DNA from: a virus
Strand: one strand, 5' to 3'
DNA length: 64,000 nucleotides
IMG/VR virus record: IMGVR_UViG_3300030447_000318
Shown here: piece after piece, positions 30,532 through 39,858 of the stretch
Numbering within the stretch: position 1 is the first letter of the stretch
Layout: every line of letters starts with the position of its first letter
Position numbers and translations under genes: made by a program
The notes under the pieces: model-generated
Seen by the model: only the letters and a program-made list of their open reading frames with translations
What the model was told of the DNA's origin: nothing
Databases searched by the model: none

Positions 30532-30840
30532 TCAAAACATCAAATCTTCAAAGTCAACTATCTTTTTGAAACTTCGATTATTATATAGTTCACTCTTTTT
30601 TCTTCGTACTATTCTGTTTGCATGCTTCTTAGCATATTTAAATAAACTCCAATTAGAGCGAACATAAGATTTAGAGATTATATCAACTGGAGGTGGATAA
30701 TGACCAAAGCTATGTATTTTTTGCAAATGCTTCTTATATTTATATTCGCTTTTTCTTCTCTTGCGATGTTGTTTCTTTTTATAATCTGTTGCCGTAAGAG
30801 TAACATCATATTCTTTCACATTATCCACTCCCTTTAACAT
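30532..30840 (-). CDS. highly basic hypothetical protein
   Basis: 102 aa with K/R-rich tracts (KKQHRKRRKSEYKYKKH). Confidence 0.4.
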   Translation of the reverse strand: MLKGVDNVKEYDVTLTATDYKKKQHRKRRKSEYKYKKHLQKIHSFGHYPPPVDIISKSYVRSNWSLFKYAKKHANRIVRRKKSELYNNRSFKKIVDFEDLMF

Positions 30841-30843
30841 TAT

Positions 30844-31353
30844 TTATACAGTTTCATCATATACTCTAATAGACTTTACTGCTCCTTTTAGACCACCAGA
30901 CGAAACATAAGACATGTCTCCCATTTTCTTACAAGTCTTATCTAACGATTTAGTATCAACAATGAATTCTACGATACAACCATTTTTACCAAGTCTGTTA
31001 CTTGAATCGGTATGTTTATTATCTTTACCGTCTGCAAGAACACATTTAACTATTGTTCCATTCTCCATAATAATATCTAGTTTTGTACCAATTGTTGTAC
31101 AGTAATAGCTACCTACAGCAATACAGTATCTGCCATCAATAGTTCGAATACCATACTTGCCAGTAGTTGCTCTTTTCTGTAGTTTATATTGGTAAGAAGT
31201 TCTGTCCGTTATAGATTTATAACTCATATAAGTCTTCTTACTTGCTCCTACAGGAACTGCCTTTGTTGTATAACTAGCTCCATATGTATTTAAGCAACTA
31301 ACGACTATTGCCGTTATAGCTATCATGCTCTTAATAAATTTCTTTATACTCAT
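30844..31353 (-). CDS. secreted protein (signal peptide; possible 3D/DPBB-like cell-wall-binding fold)
   Basis: N-terminal signal peptide. C-terminal G..L.I....G....VLADGKD...NGCIVEFIVD pattern. Confidence 0.35.
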   Translation of the reverse strand: MSIKKFIKSMIAITAIVVSCLNTYGASYTTKAVPVGASKKTYMSYKSITDRTSYQYKLQKRATTGKYGIRTIDGRYCIAVGSYYCTTIGTKLDIIMENGTIVKCVLADGKDNKHTDSSNRLGKNGCIVEFIVDTKSLDKTCKKMGDMSYVSSGGLKGAVKSIRVYDETV

Positions 31354-31541
31354 ATATTCATCCTTTCGTACTCACTATCCAACCACGTTATACAGGCATT
31401 GATAGCATCTTCTTTTCTGATGAATGTTTCGCCATTGGGAATAGAAAATTTAAACCCGTCTAAATCGACTCTTGTCATACTAACTAACAATGGCGCAATC
31501 TCTTCCAATGACATATTCCTTAATCTATCAATCTGTCTCAT
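31350..31541 (-). CDS. hypothetical small protein
   Basis: 63-aa ORF that overlaps its neighbour by 4 nt. Confidence 0.4.
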   Translation of the reverse strand: MRQIDRLRNMSLEEIAPLLVSMTRVDLDGFKFSIPNGETFIRKEDAINACITWLDSEYERMNI

Positions 31542-31562
31542 ATGTATATTCCCTTTTTAATA

Positions 31563-32432
31563 TCACTTCTTATCTGTTACTACAGTTGATGTACCATTAA
31601 TTGTTACCCAACCATGCTTAACTCTAGCTTCAGCTTCTTTCATTCTGATAAGTTCATCGGTAATAGAAGAACTTAACTGTTTATTTGCTTCTGCTTGAGC
31701 CTTTGCTTCGATTAATTCGGCGTCTGCTTTAGCCTGTGCTTCTGTTCTTGTCTTTTCAGCATCGGCTTTTGCTTTTTTAATAGCAGTCTGATTATTAATT
31801 TCCTGTGTTTCTGCTGCCTGCTGTGCCGTAATCTTTGCGTTAATGGCTTCCTGAGTCTTTTCGTCAACAGTAATATTAATAAGTGAAACATTACTTATTG
31901 TTATGCCGTAAGGTTCAAACTTCTTATTAAGATAATTTGTGAGTGCAGTATTAACATTTGCTCTTTCTGAGCCAAGAATATCTGATACCTTATAATTTGC
32001 TACTACCTCTTTAGTCCAAGAGATAATGTTTGGCTTAATGAAACTATCTCTTACTTCTTTACCAGCCTGACCACGAAATCTTGTGAATAAGTCAGAAACC
32101 TTGTCAGCATTATATTGATATGTAAATGTAAGGTCTATCTGCAAAGCCTTGCCTTCTGATGAACTAGCCGAAAAACTATCATTCTCACTAGAATCACCAT
32201 TCTTACCAGCTGTCAAATAAGACTGCTCGAGACTTGTTGAATATAAAGTAGTCTTTACCATAGGTGATTTGAAATGCCAACCTTGAGTTAAAACCTTGTC
32301 TTTAATGCCACCATTCATGCTATACTGTATTGCCACATAACCAGCAGGTACTCTTACTGTTGATTTTACTAATAAAATTACTACTATAAGCAATACTATA
32401 CCTGATATAATTCCACCAATTGTCTTTTTCAT
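31563..32432 (-). CDS. SPFH/band-7 (prohibitin/HflK-like) membrane protein
   Basis: N-terminal TM, SPFH core (GYVAIQYSMNGG...QGWHFK) and an Ala/Glu/Lys-rich coiled-coil C-terminus. Confidence 0.65.
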   Translation of the reverse strand: MKKTIGGIISGIVLLIVVILLVKSTVRVPAGYVAIQYSMNGGIKDKVLTQGWHFKSPMVKTTLYSTSLEQSYLTAGKNGDSSENDSFSASSSEGKALQIDLTFTYQYNADKVSDLFTRFRGQAGKEVRDSFIKPNIISWTKEVVANYKVSDILGSERANVNTALTNYLNKKFEPYGITISNVSLINITVDEKTQEAINAKITAQQAAETQEINNQTAIKKAKADAEKTRTEAQAKADAELIEAKAQAEANKQLSSSITDELIRMKEAEARVKHGWVTINGTSTVVTDKK

Positions 32433-32435
32433 TTT

Positions 32436-32577
32436 TTAATTCTCCTTTTCTTCGTCTTCATTTATAAAACTATTCACCATATCCATTACCCACGAACCAA
32501 TCTTTGTGAACAATGGTGACATCAAAAGCCATAGGACTATTAATACAATGCATAATAGAATTGAAAATACCGACATA
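32436..32577 (-). CDS. small membrane protein upstream of SPFH gene (NfeD-like partner candidate)
   Basis: 46-aa hydrophobic ORF (MSVFSILLCIVLIVLWLL...) with strong RBS aaggaggg. Sits immediately 5' of the SPFH gene. Not in the supplied track because it is shorter than 60 aa. Confidence 0.4.
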
Positions 32578-32594
32578 TATAACTTCCCTCCTTT

Positions 32595-33098
32595 CTAACA
32601 AAATTCTCCTTCTATAAACACATAACCATCTTCATCCCTATAATAATTAGAAATATCATCAAAGGGATTTAATTTGACATATTCAATATGGTCATAAGGA
32701 ATGGTAATATCATAATCATCCTTCGTTCCTTCAATAAAATACTTAGTTCCACCAAACAATTCATCAGGAACGCCTTTTGGAACATATTTCATATATCTAA
32801 TTTCCTGATGTTCTTTCCAATCAATAAGTTCCTCTTGTAATTCCTTAATTGAAATCTCAGTACCATATTCATCATAAATACCTATAACATCGTGATATCT
32901 GGATAAAAATTCTATCATTTCTTTCACCGACTTATATGCTTTGTTATGTCTTTCAAATATAGGACACCAACCATAGCTTCTTTTACCTATATGTATTTCA
33001 TATCCCCAATATGGTTTATCCACAATTCGATATTCATCTGGAAAATACTTTTCTACAAGATTTTTATCTGTTATTATCATGTAATAATTTGTACTCAT
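32595..33098 (-). CDS. hypothetical protein
   Basis: 167-aa ORF. Confidence 0.45.
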   Translation of the reverse strand: MSTNYYMIITDKNLVEKYFPDEYRIVDKPYWGYEIHIGKRSYGWCPIFERHNKAYKSVKEMIEFLSRYHDVIGIYDEYGTEISIKELQEELIDWKEHQEIRYMKYVPKGVPDELFGGTKYFIEGTKDDYDITIPYDHIEYVKLNPFDDISNYYRDEDGYVFIEGEFC

Positions 33099-33100
33099 CT

Positions 33101-33358
33101 TTATTCTCCGTCATATAATTTAACTGTTCCGTCTGAATTATAGATAGGTGTGATACCATTTTGGCATTCATAATACATTACTTTGGTATTTTTATCATAT
33201 CTTATTGTCGCTCCAATATCACTTGAAGGTATTGCAACCAAATCCATATATTTAGGTCTTAAATCTGATGCTCCTATTGAAAAGACAGCTGCGTCTTTAC
33301 CTCCCACCACACAAAAAAACAACATTAAACCCAATATAATTAATAAAAATTTTCTCAT
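33101..33358 (-). CDS. small secreted protein
   Basis: 85 aa with an N-terminal signal peptide. Confidence 0.4.
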   Translation of the reverse strand: MRKFLLIILGLMLFFCVVGGKDAAVFSIGASDLRPKYMDLVAIPSSDIGATIRYDKNTKVMYYECQNGITPIYNSDGTVKLYDGE

Positions 33359-33362
33359 TGTT

Positions 33363-33701
33363 TTATTCTCCTACTAAAATCCATATTTTTCTCTTCTTGC
33401 TGATCTTCAATTCGTTGATGAAGTCTACTTTATCCAAATTGACAACAAGATTTGGCTTATTTCTTCGGATTTCGCTTATTGACGGATAAATACCTAACTC
33501 AACAAGAATTTTTGGCAAGTATCTTTCTTCTGTATAATAGGTTTTTTCCTGCTCAAAGTTTTTCCAGTCAGTTTCATCTAAAGCAAAAATATCTTTAGGA
33601 GAAACTAAAGGCTTTCCTATTACTATATTCTCTATGTATTTCAACCTAATCACCTGCTTTAAAATACCGATTTCATTAATTATCAGATTGCTCATCTTCA
33701 T
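33363..33701 (-). CDS. hypothetical protein
   Basis: 112-aa ORF. Confidence 0.4.
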   Translation of the reverse strand: MKMSNLIINEIGILKQVIRLKYIENIVIGKPLVSPKDIFALDETDWKNFEQEKTYYTEERYLPKILVELGIYPSISEIRRNKPNLVVNLDKVDFINELKISKKRKIWILVGE

Positions 33702-33918
33702 CGTTTACAAAGAGTTCATGTCCTCTACGCCAATAAGTACAACAACCCAAAACACAACTATTTGCTACTTGACGTGCTATCCTTGATGCCATTTTTAACG
33801 ACTCTCTAATAACTGTTCCACTCCTGCCGTTTCCTTTACCATTCTCAACCTTTTGTGCTTCGGCTTTTGCTATCTCAAGAGATTTAATAGCATAATCTAT
33901 CTTCTCTAATTGTGTCAT
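33676..33918 (-). CDS. hypothetical protein
   Basis: 80-aa ORF. Confidence 0.4.
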   Translation of the reverse strand: MTQLEKIDYAIKSLEIAKAEAQKVENGKGNGRSGTVIRESLKMASRIARQVANSCVLGCCTYWRRGHELFVNDEDEQSDN

Positions 33919-34463
33919 TTTATTTCCTCCAAGTCTCTGAGTTCACAAGAGATATAATTGTAACTATTCAATATATCTCTAAGCCTTTTAATCTGACTAT
34001 TTATATATTCTCTATTTGCCTTTTTATTTTTCCACGCATTCTGTTTCTGGCGCTCTAGTTTTCTAAGCTTGTCTAAAAGTCTTTCGTATTTAAAAGTGAT
34101 GTCTACTTCTTTAACAACTTCTACTTCTATTTTCTCTCCACAATAAGGGCAATAATGAATAGTAGAGTTATAATTTACTTTCTGTAAACTATCCCAATTC
34201 TGTAATAACTCTTGTTTACACAGTTTAAACTTAGGAAAATTATTGCTGTAATCAATCTTATCTAAACACTTACACTTCTTACACTCATCATCTGGGTAAG
34301 TATCTCTATTGTCACAGCCAGAGCAAAATAATTCAGGTGTTTCAATGTTATTTGTCAACTGAATCATAGGGTTGCGTTCTAATTTCTGACAGCAATAGTG
34401 AAACTGTCTATATTTATATGTAGTTCTATCACCAATAATATATTTAATTAACTCTACTTTCAC
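33915..34463 (-). CDS. Cys-rich (multi zinc-ribbon) protein
   Basis: 182 aa with several CxxC pairs. Confidence 0.45.
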   Translation of the reverse strand: MKVELIKYIIGDRTTYKYRQFHYCCQKLERNPMIQLTNNIETPELFCSGCDNRDTYPDDECKKCKCLDKIDYSNNFPKFKLCKQELLQNWDSLQKVNYNSTIHYCPYCGEKIEVEVVKEVDITFKYERLLDKLRKLERQKQNAWKNKKANREYINSQIKRLRDILNSYNYISCELRDLEEIK

Positions 34464-34801
34464 GCTGACACCCCATTAAGTTGATTTTTAATTCTAATAA
34501 CTTCATCTAAAGCACTTGTTAGAGAAGCTTCGTGCTTTTCTCTATACAACTCAACTGCTTTAACATAATTACCAACTCTGATACATTCTTCTACTGTTGG
34601 TTCAAGAATTTCTCTCTTTATACCTCTACAAGAAGCTGCGTATTGTCTTAGCGCAGCTAAATCATCACATGGAATACCCTTTTTATGGTTTACATTTGAA
34701 ATCAAACTTAACTCATAATTGGTAATAATGCCTCCATTTACCAGTTCAAAATACAAAATCTTATTCATAACTCTCATCCTTTCTATATATTTACATTGCA
34801 A
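34460..34801 (-). CDS. hypothetical protein
   Basis: 113-aa ORF. Confidence 0.4.
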   Translation of the reverse strand: MQCKYIERMRVMNKILYFELVNGGIITNYELSLISNVNHKKGIPCDDLAALRQYAASCRGIKREILEPTVEECIRVGNYVKAVELYREKHEASLTSALDEVIRIKNQLNGVSA

Positions 34802-36170
34802 TAAAGTTATCTACATCATTCTTCATCACTAAGTAATTCTCTTTTTGGTCTTTGATGTATGTATTGTTTTTATTAAAGTAATCGACGAACCAATCTTTTA
34901 ACTCAATTTCTTTTTCAAAACTGTAAGCTACAAGAGATAATAAAGATAGTCTATTTTCTTTTTCTAATAGTTTTGAGCTGTTGTCTACTTCGACAGTATA
35001 ATCGTCTAGCATTGAACTAAACAATTCCATTCTATCTTCATCTACTTCGACAGAAGTAACGTCTGTTACAAACTGTTCTATTTCTTCATTTGTATATTCT
35101 CTACTTGGTTTTGGAATTTCCTCTTGAAAGTATTCTTTCATTAACTTTTCAAGCATATCTAATTTTGCAAAGACAACCTTTTTATCTTTGCTATTCTTAT
35201 CCTTATCGTATGTATTAAAAGTTTTATCCTCATATTCTGAGAATGTTTTGTTATGTAAGTTATTCTTAAATTCTAAAAGGAAGTCATTAAATCTCGCAGC
35301 TTCTATTTTATAATCCAAGAATTTATGGAACAAACTAAAGAAAAGGAAACTATTCTTTACATTGAATAATTTACCTGTTTCTTCATCAACAATATTTGCC
35401 AACATGTCTAATTCGTTGTTCAATGTATCAAACTCTTCTTTACTTGCATTTTCATTTAAGTGTTTGAATAAAGATTTCCCTCTTGTATATTCTTCAGCAT
35501 GAAACATTATTGTTATAGCTTCATAGACAACTCTATTAAGCTTTCCGTTTTTCAATGCTGCTTCTCCATAATCTCCACAGTTTTTAAAGAAATTATTATT
35601 AATTGTATCTTTTATATATGTAGCAATATTTGACATTGGAAGAATACTCTTTTCTTCTGCGTTCATACTTGTTTGTCTATTGTATCTTGCCATATGATAT
35701 GCTATTTCTTCGTCTGTACAATCTAAATGTTTAACTACATTGATTGGATAACTGTCGAAAGCATCCTGCAATTCTTCGGGTAAATCTTTAAACCATTTAC
35801 CTCTTAAATCGTATTCAACTACTTTCATTTCTCCGTTTATACACTGTTGATAATACACAAATGGCATTTCTAAGCTCTTACTTATTCTAAAAGCACCATT
35901 TCTGTACTCTTCAAGTGCAGTCAATCTCTGCAGTCCATCAATTAGCCACAAAATAAAATCTGTTTTATTTAAGATTTGCTCACAAATTTTAAGTGAATCT
36001 AAATCTTCTCCCTTTATAATAGTAGAGACTAGACCACTTTTTGCAGTATTTTGCCAACGGTCAGCATGTCTCTGTAAAGGATGATTTTTATTTAACTGTC
36101 CTCTCTTAAACATTTTTAATAAAACTTTAACCATGTACGTATCTGTTTTTGTCTTGTCTCTACCAAGCAT
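34791..36170 (-). CDS. DUF262 (ParB/Srx-fold, GmrS-like N-terminal domain) protein
   Basis: Hallmark DGQQR-type motif present as IDGLQRLTAL. Size 459 aa. Confidence 0.5.
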   Translation of the reverse strand: MLGRDKTKTDTYMVKVLLKMFKRGQLNKNHPLQRHADRWQNTAKSGLVSTIIKGEDLDSLKICEQILNKTDFILWLIDGLQRLTALEEYRNGAFRISKSLEMPFVYYQQCINGEMKVVEYDLRGKWFKDLPEELQDAFDSYPINVVKHLDCTDEEIAYHMARYNRQTSMNAEEKSILPMSNIATYIKDTINNNFFKNCGDYGEAALKNGKLNRVVYEAITIMFHAEEYTRGKSLFKHLNENASKEEFDTLNNELDMLANIVDEETGKLFNVKNSFLFFSLFHKFLDYKIEAARFNDFLLEFKNNLHNKTFSEYEDKTFNTYDKDKNSKDKKVVFAKLDMLEKLMKEYFQEEIPKPSREYTNEEIEQFVTDVTSVEVDEDRMELFSSMLDDYTVEVDNSSKLLEKENRLSLLSLVAYSFEKEIELKDWFVDYFNKNNTYIKDQKENYLVMKNDVDNFIAM

Positions 36171-36224
36171 TTTTCATTTCTCCTTTTATCTTTATTTAAT
36201 ATTTTAACTTTAACAAAATTTTGT

Positions 36225-36884
36225 TTATGTAAATAAAATAGAAATATTTCTATAAGCTTTTAATCCTTCAATTGAATCTAAAAGTTCTTTTCTATCTATC
36301 TTTAATATTCTCTCAATTTCACTGTATGTATAACCTCGTAACAGCAATACTGCCACCTTCTTTTGTTTGTCAGACAAATGTTCTAAATATTCATCCAGCT
36401 TTTCGCTTGCTTTTCCAAAGCACTGTTTGTGGACATCGAAGTCAGATTTAAGTCCACTGAGATAATTCTGAACCTTCTTAGTAGGATTCTCCAAAGATAT
36501 GTTCTTAACAAAAACATCATTGCCTTCATCATCTTTCATAACTACACTTCTCTTTTTTCTGTTTCTATCTCTTATGTATGTAGAATATAATCTCTTCTTT
36601 AATGAAGAAACTAGGAATGGATGAAACTGACATATCTTTTCGTTATAATTTAAAAGACTATCTAAGAATACAACTTGTGCCAAGCTATACAAGTCATCAT
36701 AATCCTTTTGGCTTATTCCACCAATCTTAATGATGATTGGATAACAAGTTTGTTTTAGCTTCTGCATATTATTGTCACAATACTGGTGCACAATTTTCAT
36801 TTGCTCACCAGTTAAGTTAGAATATTTTTTACTTTCCATTAAATCAAAACCTCCTTTACTTATCACTATTCGCTTTTTGTTCAC
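36225..36884 (-). CDS. sigma-factor-like transcription regulator (region-4 HTH)
   Basis: C-terminal LLLRGYTYSEIERILKIDRKELLDSIEGLK resembles sigma-70 region 4 or LuxR-type HTH. Confidence 0.45.
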   Translation of the reverse strand: MNKKRIVISKGGFDLMESKKYSNLTGEQMKIVHQYCDNNMQKLKQTCYPIIIKIGGISQKDYDDLYSLAQVVFLDSLLNYNEKICQFHPFLVSSLKKRLYSTYIRDRNRKKRSVVMKDDEGNDVFVKNISLENPTKKVQNYLSGLKSDFDVHKQCFGKASEKLDEYLEHLSDKQKKVAVLLLRGYTYSEIERILKIDRKELLDSIEGLKAYRNISILFT

Positions 36885-37128
36885 TCAACATTATTGTTCT
36901 TTATCCATTCCCAAAGAATTTGAGAGACTAAAGCATTTCGTGTATTTTTCATCTACAACTTAACCATATTTTAATAAAATATCCTCTTTTATGAACAATA
37001 TATCCTCAATACTCTATATAATATATCATTTTCTATATTATATGTCAATATGTTTTATATATATTTCTATATATTTTGTGTTGACTAATATATTTTATAT
37101 GTTACAATATAAATATGGAGGTGACATT

Positions 37129-37326
37129 ATGTTTTCATACAAACCATTGTTAAAATTACTCATAGAAAGGGATATGACCAAAACTCAACTTCGTGAAGCC
37201 ACTGGAATGAGTATGAATACCCTTGCTAAAATAAGCAAAAACGAATATATTTCAATGGCTACCCTTGATAACATCTGTTCTTATTTACATTGTAATATTG
37301 AAGATGTAATTGAATTTATTGAATAA
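37129..37326 (+). CDS. XRE-family HTH transcriptional regulator
   Basis: HTH TKTQLREATGMSMNTLAKISKNE. The RBS ggaggtgacatt overlaps a GTGACAT operator half-site. Confidence 0.55.
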   Translation: MFSYKPLLKLLIERDMTKTQLREATGMSMNTLAKISKNEYISMATLDNICSYLHCNIEDVIEFIE

Positions 37327-37334
37327 TTTGTATC

Positions 37335-37352
37335 ATGTCACATAAGTGACAT
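37335..37352. promoter_or_regulatory. perfect palindromic operator ATGTCAC-ATAA-GTGACAT
   Basis: A 7-4-7 inverted repeat. The half-site GTGACAT recurs at 37121 and 37368, overlapping both RBSs. Confidence 0.5.
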
Positions 37353-37375
37353 TCACTATCAAAAGAGGTGACATT

Positions 37376-37561
37376 ATGGCAACAAATAAACGAGCTTTTA
37401 CAATGAGAATGCAAGCAGAGAACTTTGAAAAAATAAAAATCATCGCCGAATGTAACAAGTGCTCAATTGCAATGCAAATAGAATATTTAATTGAGAATTG
37501 CATTGAGCAATATGAAAAAGAGCATGGTGAAATTAAATTTTTCCAAGACCTTTCTGAGTAA
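37376..37561 (+). CDS. ribbon-helix-helix (CopG/Arc-like) regulator
   Basis: N-terminal beta-strand then helix pattern (KRAFTMRMQAENFEKIKIIAE). Preceded by a perfect palindrome. Confidence 0.45.
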   Translation: MATNKRAFTMRMQAENFEKIKIIAECNKCSIAMQIEYLIENCIEQYEKEHGEIKFFQDLSE

Positions 37562-37602
37562 CCCATATTAACATTGCGTTAAAACTAATTCCACTTTTAT
37601 CT

Positions 37603-37648
37603 GCCTACCTGTTGTATCTGATTCTTTAATTCAACAGGTAGGCGAATT
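37603..37648. terminator. bidirectional rho-independent terminator
   Basis: 12-bp perfect stem gcctacctgttg / caacaggtaggc between convergent genes. Confidence 0.55.
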
Positions 37649-37672
37649 GTTAATTGTTGTTTCTCCATTTAA

Positions 37673-37858
37673 TCACATCCTTGCCCAATCTTGTTTGTCA
37701 TTTACATTCTGAAAATGTGCAGCAGAAATACATCTCTGTTTCCAGTCCAAATAACCAGCACATCCATCATGACAACCAACATATCTGATAAGACATTTAT
37801 AACATGGTGAAATTTCTTTTAAAGGATTAATTTTAATACTCTTTCCTTTATTGTTCAT
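37673..37858 (-). CDS. Cys-rich small protein
   Basis: 61 aa with CYKCLIRYVGCHDGCAGY. Confidence 0.4.
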   Translation of the reverse strand: MNNKGKSIKINPLKEISPCYKCLIRYVGCHDGCAGYLDWKQRCISAAHFQNVNDKQDWARM

Positions 37859-37965
37859 AATATATTCTCCTTTTTACCTAACAAAATGACATTTCTTTTA
37901 TATATTCTCCAAAATTTGTGTATTATATAAGGAATACCCCATACAGGCATTCCTTATACAGTGAA

Positions 37966-38283
37966 TTATTCTATTTTCTCTTCTTCATTGTTCCGTGGTA
38001 CAAGTAGAAAAGTGCTAACCTTCCCTTCTCTTTGTATCTTTTTAATATTTTGTTTAGTAGAGTAAGCATCGATTGTTTGAACCAATTCGTCACATCGTCT
38101 TGCCACTGTCTCTGCCTGTTTAATCATATCTATACAAGTCTCTTTGAATATGGGTAAGAAACTTTCTACACAGTTTTCTTCTAAGTTGCAAATAGAAACA
38201 GGAATTTTATTACCCTTAGATTCTTTTATTAACTTTGTAGCTTCTTCTTCTGTTATTTCGATTATTGCAGCTTTAAAGCACAT
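37966..38283 (-). CDS. hypothetical protein translationally coupled to MazF-like toxin
   Basis: 105-aa ORF. Its ATG overlaps the mazF-like stop. Confidence 0.45.
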   Translation of the reverse strand: MCFKAAIIEITEEEATKLIKESKGNKIPVSICNLEENCVESFLPIFKETCIDMIKQAETVARRCDELVQTIDAYSTKQNIKKIQREGKVSTFLLVPRNNEEEKIE

Positions 38284-38682
38284 TTATTCACTCACTCCTT
38301 CTATGTTGCATATATAAGCATTATAAATTTGTTGCTTATATTTTTTATCTGTTATTTTTCCTCTATAATCTAAAATTCTACTCTTATCTACTTGACGAAC
38401 AGCTTCGCCTAAAACAATACTATCTTCTGTTAAAGCAGATATAAATTCGCTTTTAAGGAGGACATGTGTTGGTTGTTTTAAACTTTTCTTTTGAGAAGTC
38501 AATGGCAATACGATTGTTGTCGGACTATAATAATTTCCAATATTATTCTGAATAACCACAGCAGGTCGAATGCCTCCTTGTTCACTTCCAATTGGGACAT
38601 CGCCAAAATCAACAGTAACAATATCATATGCCTTAATTTTTATTTCTCGTTTACATTTATGTTCTTTTTTACTCTCAACCAT
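38284..38682 (-). CDS. mazF: MazF/PemK-family endoribonuclease toxin
   Basis: VDFGDVPIGSEQGGIRPAVVIQNNIGNYYSPTTIVLPLTSQ...QPTHV aligns closely with MazF/EndoA. Confidence 0.75.
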   Translation of the reverse strand: MVESKKEHKCKREIKIKAYDIVTVDFGDVPIGSEQGGIRPAVVIQNNIGNYYSPTTIVLPLTSQKKSLKQPTHVLLKSEFISALTEDSIVLGEAVRQVDKSRILDYRGKITDKKYKQQIYNAYICNIEGVSE

Positions 38683-38700
38683 TTATTATTCGTCCTCCTT

Positions 38701-38811
38701 TCTTTAGTTTTTTATGTACTATTTTGTGTCTTTCTTACTCTCTAACAATATATTAATAATATTACCAACAACTTCTCTTTGAGAATAAGACAATAGGTAT
38801 AACTTATGAGT
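38701..38811 (-). CDS. candidate micro-antitoxin ORF upstream of mazF-like gene
   Basis: 36-aa ORF (MTEEEITHKLYLLSYSQREVVGNIINILLESKKDTK) with SD-like gaaggtga. Its stop lies about 15 nt before the mazF RBS. Confidence 0.25.
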
Positions 38812-39029
38812 AATTTCTTCTTCCGTCATAGCGTCACCTTCTTCTATATTTTTATTAAATGTATTTTTAACTACATTCATTTGTATTTGTAGCTACATAA
38901 TAACACATAATTGTTGTAGTGTCAAGTACATTTTTAGCAAAAAATGACTATATTTTGTATTTTTAACTACATTGGTTTGACATCAATAATAAACGATGAT
39001 ATAATCAAAAAACATAAGGAGGCGAATTT

Positions 39030-39815
39030 ATGCTGATTAGCGAAAAATTTGAGCTTATTAGAAAAGCGAACAATTTAACAAAAATGAAGTTCTGTGACAA
39101 AGTAGGAATGTCTCGATCTCATTACGACAGTTTACTTGCTGAAAAAAACAGCGATAAAATTATCAATAAGACTACCAATATATCTATAATCAATAGCATA
39201 TGTTATTTATTTAATGTGGATAAACAATGGTTGACTAATGATGAAAGCAATATTGATTTTTTTGATAAAAAATTTAATCAACAAATTGTTGATAATTATA
39301 TGTTGCTGTCAGAAGCAAGCAAAAATATTGTTGATAATCTTATTGATGGTTTATTGGAATTAAATAACAATCAACCGTCAACTACTCAACAGCCAGTAAT
39401 CAGATTAGCTGTATATGACCAACCAGTATGTGCTGGTAATGGTAACTTCATTACGGACGCAACAAAAACATTTAAGGATTTCCCTAATGCCCCGTCTGAT
39501 GCTGATTTCGCAGTTAGAGTTCAAGGCGATTCCATGACACCTGCTTACAACGATGGTGATTTAGTGTTTGTTAAATCTACCGACACATTGAATAACGGAG
39601 ATGACGGTATTTTTATCGTAGATGGCGATATAACGCTAAAAAGATTTATGGGTAATGAATTAATCCCATTAAATCCAAAATACTCTAAAATAAGCCAAAA
39701 AGCTATAATTCAAGGCAAAGTGGTTGGCATCGCAGAACATCACTCTGATTTAGAGGCTGAAGTTTTAGATATTGTAAACCAAGACAAGCCGCAAAACTTA
39801 AAAAAATCTATTTAA
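39030..39815 (+). CDS. cI/LexA-like repressor (N-terminal HTH plus C-terminal S24 peptidase)
   Basis: N-terminal HTH. C-terminal VRVQGDSMTPAYNDGDLVFV...LKRF (Ser/Lys dyad). Confidence 0.7.
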   Translation: MLISEKFELIRKANNLTKMKFCDKVGMSRSHYDSLLAEKNSDKIINKTTNISIINSICYLFNVDKQWLTNDESNIDFFDKKFNQQIVDNYMLLSEASKNIVDNLIDGLLELNNNQPSTTQQPVIRLAVYDQPVCAGNGNFITDATKTFKDFPNAPSDADFAVRVQGDSMTPAYNDGDLVFVKSTDTLNNGDDGIFIVDGDITLKRFMGNELIPLNPKYSKISQKAIIQGKVVGIAEHHSDLEAEVLDIVNQDKPQNLKKSI

Positions 39816-39820
39816 CAAAA

Positions 39821-39858
39821 AAGGCAAGAAAAGAACTTTAAGCTCTCTCTTGCCTTTT
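39821..39858 (+). terminator. rho-independent terminator after repressor gene
   Basis: Hairpin ggcaaga...tcttgcc followed by a T-run. Confidence 0.45.
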
